From assembly GCA_011109175.1 (NCBI GenBank), contig RDEW01000040.1, positions 124,001 through 188,000 on the forward strand: DNA of 64,000 nt, in the 5' to 3' direction. Positions 37,780-49,552 of this stretch are shown in pieces; the stretch's first letter is position 1, and each line of letters begins with the position of its first letter. The stretch comes from Dicyema japonicum (taxonomy: Eukaryota; Animalia; Dicyemida). The position numbers were made by a program, and so were the translations under genes. Under the pieces are notes generated by a model. The model was not told the DNA's origin. It did not search any database and worked only from the letters and a program-made list of their open reading frames with translations.

Positions 37780-39430
37780 GAAAAAATTCAAGTGATCCCG
37801 GTCTCCCTCAGCAGAATAACACTGTTAGTCCAGGGAGGACTCCTCTGGATGGTTGTTGACTAATTGTGCTTTTTGGATGTAATTTGAGAATATATCTTGC
37901 GCCATCAGATGACGCATGCAAATATTTCAAGCTCATTGGAGCCAAAAAGAAAGAGGAGGAACAGAAGAATCAAACAAAAAACTTCAATTCAAGTAGCCAC
38001 ATAACATCACAATAATGTCATCTCACGTGGCATAGTTGCCAAGTTCTCCAAATATCGCCGCATTAGGCAATTTGGCAGTGATATAGGATACCATGTGACC
38101 ATAATCCTATACTTATCATGTTTAAAGGATTTTGTCAAGTGAAGGGAAAAATATTATTCACTGCAAAAATGTCGACTGGAGAAAGTTTGCTGATTTGGTC
38201 GACTTTCAATTATATGGTTTCCACCCGGATCTTCTAACCCTTGATAAGTCCGTAAAATTTTTCTACAAAGTAGTCCTGAAGGGCATGAGAATATATCTTA
38301 AAAGAAAATCCTTCGCAATGACTGAGAAAAGAGACACAACCAACCAAGGAAAGATATCATTTTAGAAAGCCTCCAAGCTCAATCTCAAGAATCCAGAGAA
38401 TGAATCCGAACCCTGGACGACCTGATCGCATCTAACGCCGAGAGAAAAGAGGAGAGGGAGATGAATAGACTCACCTTATCCAAACAGAAAAATTTCTCGA
38501 GAATGTAAAAACTCTCCGACTTTAACAATCCGGAATAGACTTCCTCCGGCGATAACTTGGTGGAGAAGGCCCAACTGCACAGGATCATGAAGTACTACGT
38601 TTCCGACAGCTTCATACCTCGCAAAAGTCCGAGGATACAACCTTCTCATTTATCAGACCCAAGAGAGACTCTTAGATAATCTCTTTCCCACCAGAAAAGG
38701 TAGACAAAATGATCAAAACCCAAAAATGTTCATATTCCTGTAGCCCCGACTGAATCCCCAACATCTTAACCAACATATACAACATGTCAGTCAACAAGAA
38801 CAAAATCCCTTCAATTTGGAAACTCTCTGATATAAGGCCAATCCTGAAAACGGGAAAACACATGGATTCCCTCTACACTTCTGTGAGAGTTATAGAAAAA
38901 CTCATCCTGATACCTCCACGTGGTCCCTTCGAACACGGATTTAAAGAAGGCCTCTCCACGATAACCAACCACAAGTGTTTTTCAAAATTTATCTCAGAGG
39001 GTCTTAATGCAAACCCTATCATCAAAAGTGTCTGGTAAGCGTTTGACAAGGTACCATGGAAAATTCTGTCCAGGAAGATCTTTGCCTCGGTCATTCCAAC
39101 CAAACAAGCTTTGGATGGCAAATTTCTTGAGTGGCTGGAGAGGAAGAATTATAACAAATCCCTAACAAAATTTATACCAAACGGAGTGCCACAGGGTTCT
39201 CCTCTAACCTCTTCGACACCCAATCAATACCAGGGACAACATACTAGTTCTCGCATATGGTGACGACATAATCGTCGCATTAAAAGACAACTGTGTTGAA
39301 ACAGCCTCTGGTCAACTGCAAGACTTACAAGACTCCATGAATATTTGGCTTGAGAAGAATTTACTATCGACAAGCTCAGTAAAGTCCTCCACAACTTTAT
39401 TTACCGCCAATAGAGTTGAGAAGGCTACTA
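37780..39430 (+). mobile_element. Degenerate Ingi/Vingi-like LINE
   Basis: NVDWRKFA linker, IPSIWKLSDIRPILK, EHGFKEGLST, PNGVPQGSPL and AYGDDI. Confidence 0.8.
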
Positions 39431-39775
39431 AGAGAAACTGGATTCTCCTATTGGGCATGTTTCCTCCCTAACTTAGCGGTGGTTGTTGGTTTTTAAAGAA
39501 AATAAAAAAATATTAAGTTCCTCTATTTTGAGCCAGGCAGGTCGAATTCAGATATTAGTGTGTCGAATGCTTCCTTATTTAAAACTTCGGGTTGTCTCCA
39601 GAGGCCGTCATCTCATTCACGTTAGGAGGAGAAGACATAGGCTTTCATATTAAGTGGACATTTCCTTCCAATAGAGGTAGATCGTCATCTCAATATTCCA
39701 CTAATTAACCACTTAGCGAGATTCTAAGGTGACCATAAATAAACAGAATAATTCACGAAAAAGATAATTAAATAC

Positions 39776-40317
39776 CTAATCAATGCAATAAATACGCGAC
39801 ATTCCTCGAAATGTGGGGGTTTCCACGACACTTTCAGATTTATAGAGATGATAAAAATTTTTTGAATGATGAATCAAATAGACTCCAGGCCCTTTAATTC
39901 CAATGATTTTGGGATTCGTTCCAACAAATATGTTGCCATCTAATTGATCACTTTTGTAGCTGTTTAAGTCATCTTCCACCTTCACAAGTGTTGAGTTGGC
40001 GACGAAGAATTCACACTGTATCAAAATATTCTGACACGGAAACTCCGCATTTTTTGTACGCTTCAGAGTCAAGGCGATATTTCCGACTGCAGAACTTGCC
40101 AGAATTAAGCCTAAACTCCATAAAGTAACAAATAACTCAATAATATGATGACTATCACGTAAACTCTGCTTGCGATTTGTTTTCGCTGTAGAATCAAAAG
40201 ATTCTTCTTTTGTTCTCTAAGTTTCATTTTTCTGTTAAAATCCCCAGCGGATTTGATGCTGCTTGAATCAATAGAATTCTCAAAAAATGAGATGTTTATC
40301 GGTTCCATTACACTCAT
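39776..40317 (-). CDS. Hypothetical type II membrane protein
   Basis: ORFs 40111-40317 and 39776-40072 join with one T added in a homopolymer (..LLLYGVLGLILASSAVGNIALTLKR..); basic N-terminus, one TM, then a soluble domain. Confidence 0.4.
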
Positions 40318-40407
40318 TTTTGTTAGTGCATTTATCGTTAGCTGCTATATAAAGTTGGACATAACTACAAACACCAAATTTAGACATTTTCTGTAATGAC
40401 GTAATTT

Positions 40408-41324
40408 TTAATATCCAATTTCAGTTATGACTCTTGATAGTATAAGAGTGTAACTCGCACCGGATTTCCTCTCATCCAGTATAAATAGATCACTATCCTC
40501 CACCCATAAAGGTACAATTTTAGTATAACCCCCAATGGTCTTAATAGGACCTCGAAGATTTTGTGGTAGTCCTTTCAACATGACAACTGAGTTAAAGGTT
40601 TTATTCCTCATTTCCTTGAATTCCAACTGGAAGGCTATATACTTTTTACCAATGATTGGGATAGCAAATTTAATATTGACATAGCTCTTGCCAATCACAG
40701 ACACTGTTAGTTATTATAATAAGCGGATATTGATTTAGTGAGAGGGAATACATATTTTTGTGTGACCAGACAACTGAGGTTTTCACGTTAGTGCCTACAT
40801 TTGTAACCAAGAGCCTTTGCGTATCGGATAATTCCTTTCCCCAGAATATGTTTTTCAATGTCTCTTGAGTCTGCCATCTCATCAATGCTCACGAGATGAA
40901 GAGAGGCAAGGGCTTTCATCTATCACAAAGCTGAGTAGACATTTCATACAACCGAGATATTCAACACCTACCGGCCAATTAACCACATGGCACTCCTAAA
41001 TGAAAAATATTGCATCAAATAACTTAACCAATACTAATGACTCTTACCATCGAAACGGAGGTCAACTGGAGAAGCCACTGAGGCGATTATGTCGCCGGAG
41101 ACCATTCGACAAATTGTTTAGAGCTTTCTTTCCTTTATAATAAAATTACATCAATTTTACAGATAATAGTTCAAACTATCGAAAGATTCCCCCGGATACA
41201 ATGAGATGGTGGTTAATGGTCAAGAACTGATTGAGTCAATTCCTATGACCACAGAAGCTAAGAGACGTGCCAAAATCACACATATGTACACATAGAACAA
41301 GAGGAAAATGAAGAAAACATCCAT
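40408..41324 (-). CDS. Hypothetical secreted or membrane protein (frameshifted, unknown family)
   Basis: Hydrophobic start MDVFFIFLLFYVYIC and collinear ORFs 40670-40885 and 40408-40704; divergent from MNAT1 across an AT-rich spacer. Confidence 0.3.
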
Positions 41325-41474
41325 TCCTTGCAGTTGCCGAAATTCCTCTGGTAAGAAGGCGCATAACAGAGGGCAAGGAAGAAGTTAATTAGTCTGATCT
41401 GGAAGAGACAACAATATAGAAATATTAATGATTATTATTTTTCGAACACTACATTTAATATTAATTAATTATAT

Positions 41475-42221
41475 ATGGTGCTACGTGAGTGCTTAAAATG
41501 CCAATCCAATTCTTACCGAAATAAATCGTTATTTTTGATGGTGAACAAGTGCGGGCATTTCATGTATAAATATATATTAATTGTAGTTGCTCAACCTGCG
41601 TGGATTTATTATTTGACCATGAAACTGGATTTTGTCCCATTTGTGATTTACCATTAAGAAAGGCTGACTACAAAAAACAGACTTTTGACAGTCCCTCGGT
41701 GGAACGTGACGTTATGATTCGGAAGGAAATAATGGAAGAGTACAATTTGTCCCCTAAAATAGATTTGAACTGAATGAGGACAATTTTATCAGTTACTCTG
41801 ACTACGACGACTACATTGAGCGGATCGAGACCATTGGTATTCCTTTGTGATCAACCTAGTTTACAATCTTACATACAACATCGACGAAGAGGTCACTAAA
41901 AATCTCATTTCTGAGACGAAGGTCGTCAAATCAAGACATTCCAAGAAAGTTTTGATAAAATTTACGTTTAGATCACTGAGGATAACAGAAGAGAGGTGAA
42001 TGTGAAGGAGATGGATTTTTTTGAGAGGCCGGTGGATGCTGACTTTACTGGGCTTGGAGTTTTATCGAGTGATCTGAGATTAAAGTCATCATTTGGTTTT
42101 ATTTAGATTGGCTAGTTGGAGACCTTCCAGTGATGTTCATTTGGCCGGTGGATTTCAGGATGGTTTAAGCTTACAAATGCTGATTATTGATGCCTTTGAT
42201 GGCCTAAATTTTTTTAAATAA
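41475..42221 (+). CDS. MNAT1: CDK-activating kinase assembly factor MAT1 (210 aa)
   Basis: Intact spliced ORF: RING CLKC..YRN..LMVNKCGHFI CSTCVDLLF..CPIC, QTFDSPSVERDVMIRK, YDDYIERIETIVYNL and C-terminal LAGGF..DAFDGL; five introns of 23, 23, 23, 23 and 22 nt. Confidence 0.93.
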
Positions 42222-43249
42222 AGCTGTTTTGGTTTTTTTTTATAAATGATATTCCGGTGAAGCAACGGGATCGTTGGAGAAGCATGGAAGAAAAGTTTGA
42301 ATATTTATGGAAATGGGAGTCATCCTTGCCTTGAGTATTATGGAGGCTATGTAGATTCCGTGGTATCCCCGTGGTTCTGGTAGAGGAAAGGTCGGAAATT
42401 CTCAGTCTGATTGTTTACAAACTGAGAGGGAAACTTTTCGATCGATTTTTTCCATTTTAAAATATCAACTAGTCTTAGTTTGGTCTATGAATAATGGATC
42501 TTGTGCACGCCTCATAATTGAATGGTATTTGGACTTTAATTTAGTCCATATGCAATTTAATGGCACATCCCCTTGATCTACCGAGAATACTTTCCCCGTC
42601 ACTTTCAAGCCATCCTAGGAAGGTTGGTTGTATACAGTCAGCATAAAAATAGAAAAAATTTTCCGACTGAAGTGAAATCGTTACAACAAGCGATTACAAC
42701 ATTGCGGTTGCTTTTTTCCTTCTGTTCTTGATGTGATCTTCAAATGAACCCTTTGAATTCACACATTCCAAGATATTTTAAGTGATCCATAGAAACAGTA
42801 CATCATTTAATATTTGAATGTTCCACCTTTTGGAATTTCACACATCACACAATTAAATAAAAGTGGAATTAAGACAGAACATTACGGAACTTCCATTTTC
42901 TTCGATAATTGATTCCCAACAGAACAAACTAGGGTTCTCTTGCATAACGAAAACACTAAATCTATCAGCACTTTGTTGTTGAAAAAGAGTAAGTTTTCTA
43001 ATTTTTTCCTAAAAACCTCTAATTTTTCGGATTCCATAAATTCTAATAAGCATACATTTGTCCGAATTAGTTTTCACATATCCGTGTGGGATTACACTCT
43101 CCCACAAAGATTGGGTTTTCATCATTAACCATAAAATCTGTAATAATTCATGAATAGTTCGTCAATCTCTTAGAGTAATTATCACTAATTGTTATCCTCC
43201 AATAGACTTATTCAAATCAATCAACAATAATTTACATTTTCTTCAATAA

Positions 43250-45900
43250 TTCTTGTCATTCCTTAGAGGTGACCGTACCAGCAATGGCACCAAGACGCCA
43301 TGGAAAATCAATTGAATTATAATTTTGTGACAAGCTTTTTAGCTTAGCCATCCTCCTGCTTCCAGTTATCCTCAGCATACCAGAATTCTCATATGCCACC
43401 GAAAGCAAGTTTTCATTGCACCACTCTTCAATCTGGTCCATGTACGTCTTTAATCTCAGATACCAAAGGGTTTAAATAAACATCATAAATTATGACGTCA
43501 TCAGCGTATATCAAAATTTCTGTACGTGGGTTTTCTGGGAAGGCAATTCACTGATTACAATGTTAAATAATAGAGGACTGAGCACTGAAACCTGAGGTAC
43601 ACCTCATCTCAACAAAATTTCACGAGATTCATAGTTTAAAAAAATTAACAATTGACCGTCTATCCGAGAGCAAACTTTGTATCCAAAAATAGAGTTCCTT
43701 TTCAACACCACATTTCGCAAGACAAAGAAGACCAAGATGCCACACACTGTCGAAAGCTATAGATATATCAAGGCAGACTGCGGTCAAACACCCTTTGGTT
43801 TCAAAAGCCTTCACAATTGACGCGTTAACACTATACAAACAATCTCCACAAGACCGATTTTTTCGAACACACCACTGATGCTCCTTTAGTAGATCAATAC
43901 GTTCTATATTTTCAGAAAGTTTGTTGAATACAATTCTTTCCATAACTCTTGATATCGTCGGAATAAGGCTTATGGGCCTATAACTGGTTGTTACACTGAA
44001 TCCATAAATGTTGACCCAATTCCCATAAATGTTGACCCAATTCCCATAAATGTTGTCCCAATTCCCATAAATGTTGTCCCAATTCCCATAAATGTTGTCC
44101 CAAATCCCATAAATGATGACCCAATTCCCATAAATGATGTCCAAGTTATATATATTATACTAATAAATAATTTAGGAAAAAAGTATTTTATTCAATTAAT
44201 CTGTTATTAATTCCATTTACCCTTTCCCAAAAACTGTTGTATTCCATTTACCCTTTCCCAAAAACTGTAATATGAGGACAAATTCTCGGTTCGAGACCAC
44301 TCATAAAAAATCCGATAGTTGTTAGCAATTCTCCTCTTACAGTTACTCTTGGTCTAATTACATTTAGGCGAGATTTCACACAAGAAAAAAAGTTTTCAAT
44401 TGGGTTCAAGTCAGTTGAATAAGGGGGTAAATAAAATGTTGTAACACTTTTGTATACACCTATTCAAACTCTTTTTACTGATCGAAGTGAATAAATAGAG
44501 TGAATAAATAGACTTTCGTTCAGAAAAACCTTGCGACTTCTCATATCTGTATTAGTTGATAACAAATCTAAAAAATTAAAATTTTAAAATATAGATTTAC
44601 TTATGTATTATTTATATATAACTTGGACATCATTTATGGAATTGGGTCATCATTTATGGGAATTGGGACAACATTATGGGAATTGGGTCAACATTTATGG
44701 GATTGAGTGTAAGTACCCAGGTTTCCCAGATTTATCATCCGGACCTCCGTCAATTTCCAATGCGAAGGTATATGACCCAACATGATACTGCACGTATAGA
44801 GACATACCAGATATTCATAGAGTACCTTGGGTGCGTCCTTGAATAAACGAATAGCAATCTTGTCCTTTCAAGGAGCATTGTCTTTAATGCATTTTACTGC
44901 ATTTTCAACTTCTCCAGCATTTATAGGGCTGTGACGTAGAGGTAAAGAACTAACTACCTTTTTCCAACTTTTTTTAGAGAACTGAGGGCCAAAGAAGACA
45001 GTCGCTCATCAGGGTTAACCTGTTGTATTTCCGAGAGTTCTTACCCAAACAGGTTAGGAATTTCTTCTAAAGATACAGGAGACCCATCATGACATTGCAA
45101 CAGTGGAATTTCTTTTCTGGATTTACGTCCGGTTACTTTATTATAGACTTTCCAAAAGTTTGGGTTTTTTCGATACAATTCGCTGCACTGAGCTATCCAA
45201 AAATTATTTTTCTTAACTTTTTCTAATCTGTGTATTCTTGCGTGAGCCTACGGTCATGGGGATCAGGACATCGACGTAATTTGTTTTTCAAGCATTGTTT
45301 CCTTTTTAAAAGGACTATAACATTTTTTGGTGTCAATGGAAAATTCTTGTTAACCGAATAGACTTTATTCGCATATGTTTCGAGGTACGATTTTAAAAAA
45401 ACATCAGAGAGTCACTTGAACTCTCAAGATCTAACTTGGAAGACTCTGGATTACAAAAATTCCCAAAACGTTCCAAATATATAGCAATGTTTTATCGGTA
45501 ATGGTCCCAGTTTATACTTGTCGATCATAGCGTACTAGAGCAGGCCTGACCTCTAAAGAGTTAAGTTGAGTATATAAAGGATTGGTAGATGTTCACTACC
45601 AGCATCACCAAGCGTATTCGGTCGTTCCAAAAATTAATGAACAGATTCCGATAATATCGCCATTTCCAAATAATCCCAGCCACTTGGAAATAGTGATTCG
45701 GGGTCGAGGACATCACAACAGAAAACCCGGAAGACACAGACATATTTTTCAAAACAAGGCCGTCTTTATTCGTCCCCAGACAACCAAACGAGGTATCTTT
45801 AGTTTAAGTCCCAAAAGGATCGAGAACGGTGCATTTTCATCATGAAAAAAAATTCTCTATAAGATAAGGATACGAAGATAATTTTTTAGAATACATTCCT
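43250..45900 (-). mobile_element. Degenerate APE-RT LINE interrupted by a Tc1/IS630 remnant
   Basis: SYRPISLIPTISRVMERI, CLDISIAFDSVWH, GVPQVSVLSPLLFN and YADD; frame KSGKPGYLTTSYRPISL is restored by excising 43994-44709 plus one TA. Confidence 0.88.
43994..44709 (-). mobile_element. Internally deleted IS630/Tc1/mariner element with long TIRs built of 21-bp tandem repeats
   Basis: TA TSD; termini CACTGAATCC and GGGATTGAGTG; about 7 left and 4 right inverted copies of CCCAATTCCCATAAATGTTG(A/T); internal minus-strand FYLPPYSTDLNPIENFFS motif. Confidence 0.85.
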
Positions 45901-46374
45901 CCAATTTTCATCCACATATTTTTCACTCGTACTTCCAGGGAAACAAACTCACACAATTCTTGGGATACGATCTACAGGTTACGAACCCTTAGATTTAGTC
46001 TGTAGAACAAAGATGTACTTGTTTCTGCAACAGAGCCAGACTTCCATTTGATATTTCTTCCCTTTAAGCACTGTATAGGTATTTCTGACAATTCAAGGTT
46101 ATCATGATTGTCTTCATAGTTATATTTCTTCACACATGACTGAATTAAAACTACAAGGAGGAAAAATCATTTGTGATTTTCACATAAGCATTACATTTCA
46201 AAGAAAGTCGCCATTATTTACGGACAGTTTGGAGGATACTTGATGACCTGCTTGAAAAAGCATTTTCGATTGAAACTGGAAGGAAACGTCAATTAATTTA
46301 AATTATGGAAATTTTGAAACAAATTACGTTTGTGAGAATTCCAAGATAATTATAACTGCACTTTACGAAGAGCC

Positions 46375-46662
46375 AAATTTGCTGTAGCTCCTCCCAGGCA
46401 GTACACAAACTTTACTTAAGTAAAGAACAGTTATCATAAATAATCGTAGAGGGAAAACCGAGGACTTCTAGTCATTTCTTTTTTATTTTGTTGGGTGTGA
46501 GTCCTTTTGTAGACGATCCATTTCCGCAGTGAAATGTCCACTGATGACGAGGTCACTCGTCAAGCCAAAGAATTGTGGAACCTTCAGCCGGAATGTACAA
46601 CAGCGAGATTCGAACTAGGGGCCATCAGGCATCTTGCCCGGCATTCGTTACACTGAGTCATA
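46375..46662 (-). mobile_element. tRNA-derived SINE copy
   Basis: Reverse complement shows B box AGTTCGAATC, the core gaaggttccac..cgtcatcagtgg..cactgcgga and the tail ccctctacgatta..taactgttctttactta. Confidence 0.8.
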
Positions 46663-46937
46663 GGCAAGAAAATTAAGAGAAGTAATTTAATGGTTTTTCT
46701 TTGAACCCCGAATTAATCTCTATAAAGAAAAAGATCCCTTCTTATGTCATGGGGAGAATTTCAAGTGTTAGCCTACTTTAGGCCCTAGAAGATGGTCTTT
46801 CCAACACTTCAACTGAGGAATGTCACATTGTAGGTGAGTCGCGTGAAATCTTTTTTAGTCTCATGTTTAAATTTAAAACGCAATTATTCGAACGGAAAAT
46901 AAACAAAGATAACGAATTGTGCAGATATGCTGTCACT

Positions 46938-48333
46938 TTAATCTTTCTCCACAATGGCAGCACGTGCGTCCTTTTTGATGAATTTCACAGTGCAAATAAA
47001 GGCCAACCCTCCAACAACACAAGAGAAAATGGTAGTTAAAAGACCCCATCTAAGGTTCTCACTGTAATTTATATGCTGGCCAAATGAATTTAAATTCGTT
47101 CTGTTCACATTCTTTACTGGATTGCCTGCGATCTAACATAACTGGACAAATTTAACCACTCCAACCAGATAAGGACTCAAAGCGTCCCCAAGGGCGTTCT
47201 GAGAGATAATGTTGACGGCCACTGAGGTAGCACGTCGGTTGGAAGAGACGATATACTGGAATAAACAAAATATAAACCATCAGAATATTAATATTGACAC
47301 TAAAACACACACTTATCGAGGTCACACTCAAGAAAAGAGCAAAAAATGAGCTGTATATTTCAGTCGAGAGCATATAGAGGGAGTGGAGTATTAGTGGAAC
47401 AGAGGTTAGGATACCAAACCCGCATATTAGAGGATCAAAGACCAAGGAAACGGGTTGCAACTTTTTAGAAAGAAGAGTCCCAATGATGACGCCTAAGATT
47501 ATATTAAAGGGTACCAAAGAGGCCGCCACTCGTTATAAGACTTCCGCATATAATGGTCACTTTTTGGACGGATAAATTCGAAAATTGAGAATTCAAGACG
47601 AGATGAGCATACTCGGAAATCCAGTATGCCAGACCTCCTGTCGAATAAGCAACCCCTATATTCCCCACGATAATTAACACATAAGTCGGATTTCGAACAA
47701 GTGCCTTGATGTCCTCCAAGTAAGAAGTCGGGGACTGAATCATGGAGACTGAATCATGGAGACAGTCTATTTTGGGTTCGTAGATGAAAATAGCTCCAAC
47801 AATAAATAAAATGACTCCTAAAATTGGGGTTATTCTAAAAGCCCACTTCCAGCCGAGATTTGAGGCAATAACAGAGCCGCTTATATAACCGATTCCTGAA
47901 CCCACGGGAATCCCTAAGGATATTATCCCAATTGCAAAGGACCGTTTGTTGAATTCAAAAATATCACTGATTAAGGTAGGGCAGATGGCGGCGAAACAGG
48001 CATCCCCAATTCCGACAAATCCACGGCAAACGATAAATAGATCAAATCGCGTGGGTGTAGCAAAAGAAGAAATAAGCGCCACAACAATCCAAATCAACAA
48101 TCCTGTCAAGCCAATCCACTTCCTGTTGTATCGGTCCCGAGATATCCGATCAGTGGGGAGACAGCAATATAGGCCGCGATAAAGCAACTCTGCAAAAGTC
48201 CAGCCGTTGAATATGAAATGTCAAAATAAGAAATAATAAAATTAAGAGCTCCTACGATTTGGTATTGATCGATGTAATTTATTAAATTGATTAAAAACAA
48301 AATTGAAAGATAATTCCAGCAAGAAATCACCAT
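46938..48333 (-). CDS. SPNS1: Spinster-family MFS transporter
   Basis: LFLINLINYIDQY, AGLLQSCFI, GYLGDRYNRKWI, RGFVGIGDA..PTLISDIF, GSGIGYI, WKWAFRITP and LGDALSPYLVG; three 22-24 nt introns; one missing G in GGGG near 48136. Confidence 0.92.
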
Positions 48334-49552
48334 AATTTTCCAAAATTCTATAATTTTTTTATTTTTTATAAAAATTGAATTATTACAAAAATTATTTTTT
48401 TTATTTTTATTAATGTGCCTAATAAAGCTTTTTTGGTTGAACGTAACGTTTGATGACATCGGATCTGACAGTTGTGGGTTGGAATCCGAAATGTGGTGAA
48501 GGTCAATTCTCGTCGAACAAGTGAGGAGAGATCTTACTACTTTCCTGATGAGACACAGTTGTTGAAAGAGATCTTCCTACTTTCCTCCTGACCAAATCCA
48601 CTGGTGAAGATTACTATCATCAAAACTTCTCCGCCAAAGAATGAAATGATGTCCGCGACGGTAGGTCGTGCAATGAAAATAAAAGAGGGTACTTTTTCCA
48701 TCTTACTTCTGAAACGGAAGCCTTCACTTTACTCTTTCTAGACTATTGGATGATGGATATGGTCGACACAAGCAGACGTTCTCTCTTGAGTTCCTTCCTT
48801 TGGATTAATTAGTTATGACTAGGACAAGCGAAAAAAAACAATTTAAAAAAATGCAAAAAAAAATTAAAAGTGCATAAGGATAAATGTGGGGATGTGAGAC
48901 ACTATTTTCTTCATATAGGGAACCTGGTATGAGTTTCTGTGTGATTAATAAAGATCAAGCCGAAAAAGTAAGACAGGATGTATTCACCCTGCTGTCAGAT
49001 AATTGTGAACGTAGCCAATGAAGAAGTTTGGCGTCAAACCAGCTCACAAAATAGACCTTTGAGTCTACAAAATCTCGATTCGAAAAAAGGGCTTGTGATG
49101 TCTAGAAAATATCTAACATTTATTGTAATTTTATCCTCTTGTATTTTTTGGATTAAGACCAAAAGAATGTTAATTATTCGTAATCTAACCTACTTTTATT
49201 ACAAAATCTCATTTAAAATTAATATAAAAATCAAAATTTCAGCTTTTTCTAACTCGGGGACCAACCATATCTAATTTTAACGTTCATAAAAAATCAAATT
49301 TTACGCTTCTTCAAACTCAAGTCTTCATGGTCAGTACGTCATATTGATATTAAAATCCTCACTTCAACACTATTTTAAGAAATGAAAATTTTCGACCTCT
49401 TCTTACTTGATGACCAGCCCTTGTGATCTCTAATCCTGACTTGATGTCATAAAGATCATTTTTACCTTAGTTTAGGCCCAAATATGGAAATTTCCTTATG
49501 CTTAGAAGTCAATTATTGACAGATACACAAACAAAAAACCTATAATATAGAT

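Noticed and set aside
43994-44145. CRISPR array, or a genuine (GNWDNIY)n repeat protein
   Set aside because: Units are contiguous with no spacers and are mirrored at 44620-44709; they are transposon TIRs in a eukaryote.
48525-48600. Hammerhead ribozyme (CTGATGA-stem-GAAA)
   Set aside because: Stem II is plausible, but the flanks are direct repeats, not complementary, so stems I and III cannot form.
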